Shown here piece by piece: positions 19,861-28,362 of a stretch of 64,000 nt of DNA. Origin of the DNA: a virus (taxonomy: Duplodnaviria > Heunggongvirae > Uroviricota > Caudoviricetes). The stretch is from IMG/VR virus record IMGVR_UViG_3300049460_000121, positions 139,468 through 203,467 of that record; one strand, written 5' to 3'. Under the pieces are notes generated by a model. The model had not been told where the DNA came from. It worked only from the letters and a program-made list of their open reading frames with translations, and searched no databases. How positions within the stretch are numbered: position 1 is the first letter of the stretch; the number at the start of each line of letters is the position of its first letter. A program made the position numbers and the translations under genes.

Positions 19861-19934
19861 TCTTCTTGGTAAATGTACGTGTTTCAAACACGTTCCTGGT
19901 TCATACCTTTCGCCGTAGCGCTTAGAGGTGATTC

Positions 19935-21251
19935 GTGAAGAGTTTTAAAGGGTTCGCCCACATCGGCGCTCAAGCCGACAACAGAGATCATCTAGACGCA
20001 CCGGTGGGTGAGCTGTCAGCACTCTCCCACACGTTTACGCGTGATCAAACCAAACACACCAGCGGTGTCAACCCAGGCTACATGCTGCGTGGTTTCTCCT
20101 ATTACATTGACGACGTAAAGAATCAGATTCCTGATACCGACGCGTTGAAGATGTTGGCCGTTATCGACTGGGTCTACACCAAAGCACGCCTGGGTACGTT
20201 GACCTCCGACGTCCTGTCTGTATCGACCGCCTGGATCACGGATCAGGCTGCAACGTACGACCTGAAAGAAACTGGCCAGATGGCCATGTTCGACACCAAC
20301 AAGTGGGCACCGTCATTTTTGGTGTTCGCGCCGAAAGACGATCTGAACACACGTTGGAAGATCTGGTTCACTGAAGCGGCGTTCTTCAACCAGTTCGACG
20401 AATACCAGTTCAATCACATCAAGCCGTTGCTTAACCTCGACGACTTCTTCCTGGACTACGTGAACCTCAAGCCTCTGCTTGCGGCCCGTACGCTCAGCGA
20501 TTCGATCAACCAGGTAGACACCCTGCGTGGTGTGGATCCTGAGACGCGTCTGCGTGTGGACCCGTTTGACTGGATCGATCCCATCGACCGTGACCTCAAG
20601 ATCCCTGTGGACTGGATGTCCCTGCTCTGGGGTGAGGCTGGCAACAACCTCGACGCCACCAAGGAATCCCTCGCTGCCTGGATCTTGGCCAACAGTACCC
20701 ACACTCGTGAAGAGTGGGCTGTGATCTTCCCGGACATCTTCACCTCGACGGAGTTGATCTTCGTTCCGATGTGGGATGAGTTCGCTGTTCCGGAACGTCC
20801 TCGCGAGTCGGGCATCTATCGTGGCGCTGGCAGCATGTTGGGTGGTATCGAGAAAGCAAAGCTGGTTTGCAAGGGCGTTAAGTACACCCCTCTGCACATC
20901 GCTACTGTGGCCAACGATTGCCCTACGCAATTCAAGTCCGTGCGCTGCGTCGTAGTGGGTGGTCCTGAGAACCGCGACGGCAAGACTGAGCTGATCGATC
21001 AACACCCGGATTGGCTGAACGTCCCTACCACACACGTCGACTTCATGCGGATGACTGAACTCACCCGTGGGGCTGTCATGTTGATCATGGAGATGTTGCA
21101 GTACGCCGAAGAGATGACGGCTACCACAGCGCCACCTACCGGCTTCAACCGCACCATCCGCGATGGCGTGATGTACCTCTCCAAGACCTACCAGAAGTTT
21201 CTGTACCTGGTCGTGTGCAAAGAGAGCTTCGACGAAACCATGGCGGGGTAA
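19935..21251 (+). CDS. Virion structural protein (phiKZ gp157-like)
   Basis: 438 aa, GTG start, SD GAGGTG; position after RNase H matches phiKZ-like synteny as recalled. Confidence 0.7.
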   Translation: MKSFKGFAHIGAQADNRDHLDAPVGELSALSHTFTRDQTKHTSGVNPGYMLRGFSYYIDDVKNQIPDTDALKMLAVIDWVYTKARLGTLTSDVLSVSTAWITDQAATYDLKETGQMAMFDTNKWAPSFLVFAPKDDLNTRWKIWFTEAAFFNQFDEYQFNHIKPLLNLDDFFLDYVNLKPLLAARTLSDSINQVDTLRGVDPETRLRVDPFDWIDPIDRDLKIPVDWMSLLWGEAGNNLDATKESLAAWILANSTHTREEWAVIFPDIFTSTELIFVPMWDEFAVPERPRESGIYRGAGSMLGGIEKAKLVCKGVKYTPLHIATVANDCPTQFKSVRCVVVGGPENRDGKTELIDQHPDWLNVPTTHVDFMRMTELTRGAVMLIMEMLQYAEEMTATTAPPTGFNRTIRDGVMYLSKTYQKFLYLVVCKESFDETMAG

Positions 21252-21254
21252 TCC

Positions 21255-22010
21255 ATGTCCAGAGTAACTCCACCTATTGGAGCGAAAGGACTCTTCAAGG
21301 TTCGTTCACCTTACGTGGTATCGGCTGCGGCTGTTTACTGGGTAGGTGCTGTTCGGACCTTTGAGGAACTGATCGCTGCCAAGATCGATCCGCTTGCTCA
21401 GGTATACGCTCCTGTCGGGATGGGTCAGCAGGATTACAACTCGGACATCGTTGAAGGTGCACAGGTCATCACCCTGTTGTCCTTCGTCCGGCCACCGCTC
21501 CACATTCCAGATACGTACATTCTGGAATATCCGAACATGTCCATCGTTCCACACTCGTGGATCGTGTGTACAGTCAGCTGTGGGATCCTTCCGGACACCT
21601 ACGACCTGACTCGGATGCAACAGACGGTAGCGATTGCTGTGTCGGAATACACAGGCGTTCAATCGACTGTGACTATCACGACCGCGCCGACGACTGACTC
21701 GGTAACGGAAGCAGCTTACCTCGAGGCGAAAGCTGTACGGGACGCTGCACTCGTGAACAAGTCTACTGACTTCGCTGATAAGCTGTTGCTTCAAGAACAG
21801 CTGGATAAGGCCAACAGCTACATCGCTGACCTGACCACTATCATCGATCAGCAAGAAGTGACCATCGCGCAGCAGGCTCAAGATATCTCTGACCGGGATG
21901 CTACGATCCTGTCGCTACAACAGCAGGTTGCGACGCAGGTGCAAACCATCGCGGACCGTGACGCTGAGATCATTGATCTACTACAACAGATCGAAGACCT
22001 GACACCGTAA
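21255..22010 (+). CDS. Virion structural protein (phiKZ gp158-like) with C-terminal coiled-coil extension
   Basis: 251 aa; N-terminal PPIGAKGLFKV..PY motif; heptad tail. Confidence 0.7.
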   Translation: MSRVTPPIGAKGLFKVRSPYVVSAAAVYWVGAVRTFEELIAAKIDPLAQVYAPVGMGQQDYNSDIVEGAQVITLLSFVRPPLHIPDTYILEYPNMSIVPHSWIVCTVSCGILPDTYDLTRMQQTVAIAVSEYTGVQSTVTITTAPTTDSVTEAAYLEAKAVRDAALVNKSTDFADKLLLQEQLDKANSYIADLTTIIDQQEVTIAQQAQDISDRDATILSLQQQVATQVQTIADRDAEIIDLLQQIEDLTP

Positions 22011-22013
22011 ACG

Positions 22014-22048
22014 GCATAGAGGCAGGGCACTACGCCCTGCCTCTATGC
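22014..22048. terminator. Bidirectional hairpin terminator with a stem identical to that at 9274-9308
   Basis: GCATAGAGGCAGGGC-actac-GCCCTGCCTCTATGC. Confidence 0.8.
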
Positions 22049-22054
22049 TGCGAC

Positions 22055-22474
22055 TTAGGAGTATCCGAACTCGGCGAAGTTCATGGAGTGGTGATGAGGA
22101 ATACCCCACACGCTACGCTCACCACTGAACAGGTTTGGCGATTCACCGTAAGCCACCATACCGCGGTAGACTCGATGCCAGTGCGCCAGCTTGTGCTTCA
22201 ATGGATTGACCGTCCCGATCTTGCAGGTGGACTTCTCGATACAGAAGAGTACAGGCTGACCTTTCATCAGGAACGCACTCTCAACTTCTTCGATCGGACA
22301 GGTGAACACCGGCACCAGACCACATGCCAAGCACGTACGTACCTGATCGAGATCCTTGGCATGGACGTAGTTACGGTCGCAAGCCTCAGCGTATTCCTGA
22401 ACCGCTCTGTCCACGTCTACTTGAGTTTCCATCCACACTGGAATGGTCTTACCTTCAATGGTTAGTTTCTTCAT
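22055..22474 (-). CDS. Hypothetical protein
   Basis: Likely ATG at 22474 (MKKLTIEGK), overlapping the end of the sbcC-like gene. Confidence 0.6.
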   Translation of the reverse strand: MKKLTIEGKTIPVWMETQVDVDRAVQEYAEACDRNYVHAKDLDQVRTCLACGLVPVFTCPIEEVESAFLMKGQPVLFCIEKSTCKIGTVNPLKHKLAHWHRVYRGMVAYGESPNLFSGERSVWGIPHHHSMNFAEFGYS

Positions 22475-24887
22475 ACTCGAATTCCACATGTTCGTTGTAA
22501 GGGTGAGGGTACTTGATGTTCCTGTCATCAATGATGATGGTTTCAGAATCAGGGAAGGCCCGCTGGTTGTTCTGGTCGTGACTGATGATCAAGATCTGAC
22601 TGAACCGATCACTGTCCACCAAGTCTTTCACCAGAGGGATGAGGTTGTGTGCGTGCGTCTCATCAAACGTCCGACCAGGCTCGTCCAAGAAGAGTGGGTA
22701 CCCTGTCATGTTCAAGCAATAGTAGAGCGTCAACACGAATGCACGGTTCACGATCTCAAGCATGGAGTCCGAACCATCGGCGATGTCCTTGCGGGGACGG
22801 TTCTCGTCAATGATCGGGAACTTGTAGTCGAGGTCTGCCCCTTCACGCTCAGGCATCTGGATGAACAACGGATGTTGCCACACACGTTTGATCATCTGGT
22901 TCACACCACCGACGATAGCACCGATTTGTGCGGTGATCTGTTCGGCAATCAAACCAGTCTTCGGCGACATTGCATCAGTCAGGTGTTTGTACGCCTGCTG
23001 CTCAATGAGCTTCTTCTCCAGTTGCTGCTCGAGGTCCTTCACGATCGTCATTACCAGATCGTCTTCAGCCAACGCCGTTTCGTTGATGGCTAGGGTCGTC
23101 TGGAGTTTGGCAATCTCCTCATCCGCCATGACCTCAGCTTCGCGATCCAAGTAAGCGATCAGCTTGAGCTTCCAGTCTTCTACCTTCTCCTCGATATCAC
23201 CGTACCACTGAGCAAAGAGAGTGTCGTACTGACGATCCTCTTTGACGTCCCGCAGTTCCAGGTCAACCTTCGTACGATCTTCAAACGTCGTGCGGTAGCT
23301 CTTGAACAACGCATCACGCTGAGTAGTCAGGTCATTGAACCCAGCCCCCTCACGCTCGTAGCTTTCCAACGCGTTCTTGATCTCAGTGATCCGCTTGTTC
23401 AATGCAGTCGACTTCTCGTGCAGGGTTACTGCACGCTCGTACATTGCCAGCTTCTCGTAGAGACCACGCCCCAGATCGAAACCACCCACGCTATCCAAGT
23501 AAGCGAACAAACCAGGATGTTGTTGGATGTATCGACGACGCACATCTTCCAAACCTTCAAACGCTTTGAAGTTACTGTCAGCATCAGCCAGCTCGTCAGC
23601 CAGTGTTGCTACTTCAACCGAGACGGTCTTGATGAAGTCATCACCCTTCTGTTGGCGTTCACGCAGTTCACCAACTTCGGTAGGGTTGATCCCAGGCTTG
23701 AAACCATGCTGACACGAAGGACAGGTCACGGTGTCGCACCGTTCGATCTGGTGCAGTCGTTCACCAATGGTGTTCAACAGATTGTCGGCTTTGCTGAAAG
23801 CGATCTGACGCGATGTCAGGCGGTCAGAGATGGCCATCAGTGTATTGTGCGTCATCCGAGTAGCCGGAAGTTCAGCACACGCAAAACGCAACGCTTGAAT
23901 CACAGCGTCACAGCGTACAATCAGCGAAGGATTGATGTCGATGGTGAACATCGGCAAACTGTCCAGTTGATCGGTCAGGGCTTTGTGTTCATCGGTCAAG
24001 GCATCGGGGTCAACCGACATCAGACTCTTGATACGTTCCAGCCGCTGATTCAAATCGGCGAGGTTAGATCCCCGCTCTTCTTGTACGGCTTTCAAGGCAG
24101 TCGAACGAGCGGTCAAGTCTTCAACCAAATCGTCGTAGGTCTTACCGCCTTGCAATAGACGCGGGTATTCCATCCGACTGAACACGTCGAACCCATTGAA
24201 CAGAGCGTTGTACTCGTCCTGTAGGTCAGCCATGCTGATGTAGTCACCCTCACTGCGAGGGATAGCCATCAATGAACGGATCTCAGCTTTCAGGGTAACG
24301 GCTCGAGCACGCATCTCGATAGCGTCATCCGGTTCCAGCAAGCGTTTACGCTCATCGTTGAGACGACCACGCAAGAACACCACCACGGAAGAGGCAGCTG
24401 AGTAGCCTTTACGGAAGCGTTCGAACTGACGGAAGGCAAAGCTGAAGTCCGACTCAGACATCCGAGCAATCCAATCCCGACGCTGCAATGCATTCAGCTC
24501 GGTGAACTTGGTCTTGCCGATCACGAAGTCGTGGATATCGCGAGTGTAGTTGAAATACTCCTTACAGAGCTCCAACTGAACGGTGATCGTATGACCCTCG
24601 TTCTTTTCTTCCCCGTCCACGATGAAGGAGTAATACATCTTCTGGTCGTAGCGCTCGATAATGACAAACTTACGACCGCGATCGTGGATGTGAACCTCAC
24701 GGCTACCGCCTGGGTTGAAGTCATGCTTCAAGTCAGCAGGCAGTGGAGAGAAGCCGATAGACAACAGACTACTCTTTCCGGAACCATTCGTCCCCAGCAC
24801 CATTTGAATGCGCTTGGTTGGACGGATAACAATAGTAGGCTTAGTGAGCCGGTGGCATTTGTGAATGCGAATGTAATCGTAAAACAT
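22455..24887 (-). CDS. sbcC: SbcC/Rad50-like SMC ATPase (phiKZ gp165-like)
   Basis: Walker A GTNGSGKSS, long coiled coils, zinc hook CPSC, Walker B LFLDE, H-loop IISH. Confidence 0.9.
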   Translation of the reverse strand: MFYDYIRIHKCHRLTKPTIVIRPTKRIQMVLGTNGSGKSSLLSIGFSPLPADLKHDFNPGGSREVHIHDRGRKFVIIERYDQKMYYSFIVDGEEKNEGHTITVQLELCKEYFNYTRDIHDFVIGKTKFTELNALQRRDWIARMSESDFSFAFRQFERFRKGYSAASSVVVFLRGRLNDERKRLLEPDDAIEMRARAVTLKAEIRSLMAIPRSEGDYISMADLQDEYNALFNGFDVFSRMEYPRLLQGGKTYDDLVEDLTARSTALKAVQEERGSNLADLNQRLERIKSLMSVDPDALTDEHKALTDQLDSLPMFTIDINPSLIVRCDAVIQALRFACAELPATRMTHNTLMAISDRLTSRQIAFSKADNLLNTIGERLHQIERCDTVTCPSCQHGFKPGINPTEVGELRERQQKGDDFIKTVSVEVATLADELADADSNFKAFEGLEDVRRRYIQQHPGLFAYLDSVGGFDLGRGLYEKLAMYERAVTLHEKSTALNKRITEIKNALESYEREGAGFNDLTTQRDALFKSYRTTFEDRTKVDLELRDVKEDRQYDTLFAQWYGDIEEKVEDWKLKLIAYLDREAEVMADEEIAKLQTTLAINETALAEDDLVMTIVKDLEQQLEKKLIEQQAYKHLTDAMSPKTGLIAEQITAQIGAIVGGVNQMIKRVWQHPLFIQMPEREGADLDYKFPIIDENRPRKDIADGSDSMLEIVNRAFVLTLYYCLNMTGYPLFLDEPGRTFDETHAHNLIPLVKDLVDSDRFSQILIISHDQNNQRAFPDSETIIIDDRNIKYPHPYNEHVEFEYEETNH

Positions 24888-24953
24888 GATTTCTCAGCTC
24901 CGGGCCTTTCTTCTGTACAATAATCGCAGTGTGTGAAACTTTACGAGGTATTC

Positions 24954-25823
24954 ATGGCCAAGGCTTCAGTATTTAAGATGGTGGGCGTTGGCGTCGTCGC
25001 TAACAACAAAGAACTCATGTCGAAAGAGATCGAAGTTACACCGACCGAATGGCTGCCGATGCACGATGGAGAGATGGCTTCCAACGGCGCACAAATGAAA
25101 CACAAAGCCAAAGACATCGACGGGAACGAATCTCAAGGCATGATCTTGACCGATCAGGTGGTGAAGGCTACGTGGCTGCCTGGCGGGTCTAACCGTCTAA
25201 GCGCCCCTGACGTACGTCGTGGTGTCCATGTCGAGCTGTGGGCCACCGCAGACGCCGACAAGTACTACTGGAAGACCATGGGGCTGGACGACAACCTCCA
25301 TAAGCTCGAAACCATCATTATCGGCATCAGTAACACCACCGATGAGAGCGTTAAAGACCTCACGCCAGAGAACATGTACTGGATCGAGTTCTCGACGCAC
25401 ACCAAGCGACTGGCCTTCTGCTCGAGCAAGTCCAACGGTGAAGCGTACCAGCACGAACTCTGGATCGACACCGACGCCAATGAGTTCATGTACACCGATG
25501 ACATCGGTAACCTGGTCAACGTGCAATCTAAGGTGAATCTGATCCACCTTCAGAACGCCAAGGGTACGTACATCAAGATCGATCAGAAAGACATCAAGAT
25601 GTTTGCCCCTCAGGACATGTTCGTTGACATCAAGAGAAACATCGACGTCAAGGCGGGTAAGAACATCACGGTCAAGGCTGGTAACGACATCGACGTCGAG
25701 GCGACTCAGAACCTACGCACCAAAGGTGGCGTGTTGGCCAGTATCGATGGCGGGGGCAGCAAGATGACCTTGACCGCCGCTGGTACTACCCTCAAAACTC
25801 CGAAATTCACAGGTAGCCGCTAA
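24954..25823 (+). CDS. Central tail spike / cell-puncturing protein (gp5-like C-terminus; phiKZ gp164-like)
   Basis: OB-fold-like N-terminus and beta-helix-like repeats (IDVKAGKNITVKAGNDIDVEA); immediately followed by PAAR. Confidence 0.75.
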   Translation: MAKASVFKMVGVGVVANNKELMSKEIEVTPTEWLPMHDGEMASNGAQMKHKAKDIDGNESQGMILTDQVVKATWLPGGSNRLSAPDVRRGVHVELWATADADKYYWKTMGLDDNLHKLETIIIGISNTTDESVKDLTPENMYWIEFSTHTKRLAFCSSKSNGEAYQHELWIDTDANEFMYTDDIGNLVNVQSKVNLIHLQNAKGTYIKIDQKDIKMFAPQDMFVDIKRNIDVKAGKNITVKAGNDIDVEATQNLRTKGGVLASIDGGGSKMTLTAAGTTLKTPKFTGSR

Positions 25824-26089
25824 TGCCTCTGATCTCTCTCGTAGGGCAGTCACAAGCCGGAGGCGTCATCACCGGGCCTGGAGCACCGACTTGGACCGCA
25901 GAAGGCCTCCCAATGTCCTTGCTGGGCGATGGGGTGATGAGTCACGCTCCTGGTATCCACCAAGGACCCGTTATGGTGACGGCAACCTCCTGGATGACCA
26001 TCGATGGTATCCCAGTCGTTATCCAAGGTTGCGCTGCCAACTGTGGACACACGGCGAATGGTAATCCATGGTTCGACCTTCCCATGTAG
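25823..26089 (+). CDS. PAAR-repeat spike tip protein
   Basis: 88 aa; LLGD..SH..G.H, IDGIPVV..G..A.CGH metal-binding pattern. Confidence 0.85.
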   Translation: MPLISLVGQSQAGGVITGPGAPTWTAEGLPMSLLGDGVMSHAPGIHQGPVMVTATSWMTIDGIPVVIQGCAANCGHTANGNPWFDLPM

Positions 26090-26090
26090 G

Positions 26091-26126
26091 GCATACAGGC
26101 TGGGGATGGCCCCAGCCTGCTTATGC
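26091..26126. terminator. Hairpin terminator between convergent genes
   Basis: GCATA-CAGGCTGGGG-atgg-CCCCAGCCTG-ct-TATGC. Confidence 0.75.
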
Positions 26127-27383
26127 TCAATACTTCAAGCGTTCGTTGAAGATGTCCAGGAAGTAGGCGCTGGCGTATTCCTTATTAGGGGCGTGGACCA
26201 TTGCGTCGTTCTGGTACGGGTCTTCTTCCATGACGTTGCGGGTGTCGTGCAAGTACTTCGGCATGTTGTTGCTGTCCACAGCCAAGCAGTAGACGCCGTT
26301 CTGTCCATGGATGGTGTACGGTGGCAACATGCCATTGAACAGCACCAGTGGCTTGACAGGCGGTACGTAGCTGTAGTAGCGACCAGCCAGGCCGGTACGT
26401 TCCACAGGGATGTTGTCGAAGAACAGGTTTTCGGTTTCGATGGTGATGATGAACGTGTTGCTCATCGTCAGGTATGCTTTGATGCATTCATCGCTGCTCA
26501 TCAAGCCGATGTCAAGAGCGCCGGTGTGTTCGGTGTTACGATCCATCAAGCTGGTCACTGGAGTCCAGTCAATCAACTTGCGGGTATCGTTATACCTACG
26601 ATGGATAGGTAGCTTCCACCATTCGAGCAAGACCGAGTTGTCACCGACAACTTTGTACTGCTTGCCTCCACAGTGGAGGAAACCACCCACGACCACCATC
26701 ACGTACTTGTCGCTGAAGTCAGCATCGGGTGCAGTGATGACCGCCCCTTCTACTAATGGCAACCCTTTACGTCCTGTGATCATCTCAGGGGTGATGGGGA
26801 AGCATTCGACCTTACCCACCGACTTGAAGCTGATCAAACCCACTTCATTGCGGCCTGAGTGACGAACGCTCTTGCCGCCATCGATGATGCGGAAGCCGTC
26901 AGTCCCAGCGTCAGTCAAATGCAGCAACCCGTTGACATTCGCCAGGCAGTGATCGAACATGTCCATGTAGTCAGTGTCAGGGCGGGTCAGTCGCAGTTGA
27001 GTGAGTTCAGACTCAGGGTATTCGTTCCCTTCACCAGAGAGTGGGTGTACCCGTTCAATCTTGTACCCGGCAGCGAAAGATTCCGAGGCGATGGCAGAGG
27101 CCTTGACCACTTTAGGGACGGTGGTGTCAAACGGAAGATCACCTTCACCCACAGCCGTCAACCAGGTGAGGACGGTCAGATCAGGGTCGTACTGATAGAA
27201 GCTGTCGTTGACTTCAGCGACGTCGAGACTCACCTCGTGATCGATGGCTGGGTGCGACAGGATGAGGATGCATCGACTGTACGTGGTCATGAGATCACGC
27301 ACTAAAGTGTTGCGGATGTCCAGCTCTGCCAACCGTTGGTTTGCACCGCGAAGACTCGCCATTGCCCTTACAAACGTAAACAT
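26127..27383 (-). CDS. Probable virion structural protein
   Basis: 418-aa ORF inside the structural cluster, beta-rich. Confidence 0.7.
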   Translation of the reverse strand: MFTFVRAMASLRGANQRLAELDIRNTLVRDLMTTYSRCILILSHPAIDHEVSLDVAEVNDSFYQYDPDLTVLTWLTAVGEGDLPFDTTVPKVVKASAIASESFAAGYKIERVHPLSGEGNEYPESELTQLRLTRPDTDYMDMFDHCLANVNGLLHLTDAGTDGFRIIDGGKSVRHSGRNEVGLISFKSVGKVECFPITPEMITGRKGLPLVEGAVITAPDADFSDKYVMVVVGGFLHCGGKQYKVVGDNSVLLEWWKLPIHRRYNDTRKLIDWTPVTSLMDRNTEHTGALDIGLMSSDECIKAYLTMSNTFIITIETENLFFDNIPVERTGLAGRYYSYVPPVKPLVLFNGMLPPYTIHGQNGVYCLAVDSNNMPKYLHDTRNVMEEDPYQNDAMVHAPNKEYASAYFLDIFNERLKY

Positions 27384-27414
27384 GTTCGACTCCTGTACAG
27401 ACGATCAAAAATTA

Positions 27415-27418
27415 TATG
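27415..27418 (+). promoter_or_regulatory. Candidate late promoter core TATG
   Basis: AAAAATTATATG in the divergent spacer, followed by a leader hairpin TGCGGG/CCCGCA. Confidence 0.35.
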
Positions 27419-27470
27419 CGTTACACCCCAGCTGCGGGTCAATGCCCGCATTAGGACCGGAGAAGTTTAA

Positions 27471-28352
27471 ATGGCAATTACCGATTACTTGTATCCGTTG
27501 GATATCACGGGTCAAGCCGTTACGAACAAGGTGCTCAATGAGCGCCAAACCCTGAATCCTCCAGGCGAACCCCTGGACTACCATTTCATCCTTCCATTCG
27601 CCGGTCCGTACTTCCGGGACACCATGAAGTTGGTGCACATCACCACTGGCCGTGACCTGGTGCGTGGTACGGACTGGATGCCGGGGCATAAGTTCCACAG
27701 CGCCAGCTTCGAACTCGAAGGTATCCGCGGTGGTATCTACAGCTCCATCTTATTCATGGACCGTGGTCTATCGGGTCAGGTGCAGCTCAAAGAGTACCAA
27801 ACCCTCGGCGGTGAATGGACCCTGAGCGAGCAGAAGATCCTCGAGATCCTCAGCAACCGTGCAGTGGACCCACGTTCCTTGACTTACGACGAAGTGTCGG
27901 GCAAGCCAAACGTGTTCCCACCGATTGAGCACTCGCACGACGTGAGCGACTTGACCGGTATGTTTGAGTTGATCCAGTCCAACTACGATATCTCGTCTGC
28001 GATTCGCGCGCGTGACATTACGGTTGAGCAACTGCTGGCTGAACTGCTGCAAGCCTTGATCGACGCGAAGCCAAAGTACACGGCTACTCGTATCATCCCG
28101 GCCGGGCAGTACATCGAGATCAACCTGGCGACCATCCTGGGTTCTCAGGCCAGTGCTTACGACATGCTGAGTTCCGGGATCGATGTTCGAGTGAAGAACT
28201 TGGACAACACGTCGCCGACCTTCAACATGTACATCAACGCAACTGACATCGCGACCTCTGGCGTGAACGCCGCAGGGCTCGTGCGGATTCAGAACTACTA
28301 CACGGTAGACCTGGAGTTCCACATCCGCATTGACGTTCCGCGATTCGCATAA
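27471..28352 (+). CDS. Virion structural protein (baseplate/fibre adaptor), paralog of 30211-30852
   Basis: N-terminal YPLD.TG...TN.V..E..TL motif; SD GGAG. Confidence 0.75.
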   Translation: MAITDYLYPLDITGQAVTNKVLNERQTLNPPGEPLDYHFILPFAGPYFRDTMKLVHITTGRDLVRGTDWMPGHKFHSASFELEGIRGGIYSSILFMDRGLSGQVQLKEYQTLGGEWTLSEQKILEILSNRAVDPRSLTYDEVSGKPNVFPPIEHSHDVSDLTGMFELIQSNYDISSAIRARDITVEQLLAELLQALIDAKPKYTATRIIPAGQYIEINLATILGSQASAYDMLSSGIDVRVKNLDNTSPTFNMYINATDIATSGVNAAGLVRIQNYYTVDLEFHIRIDVPRFA

Positions 28353-28362
28353 GGGGACGTTC

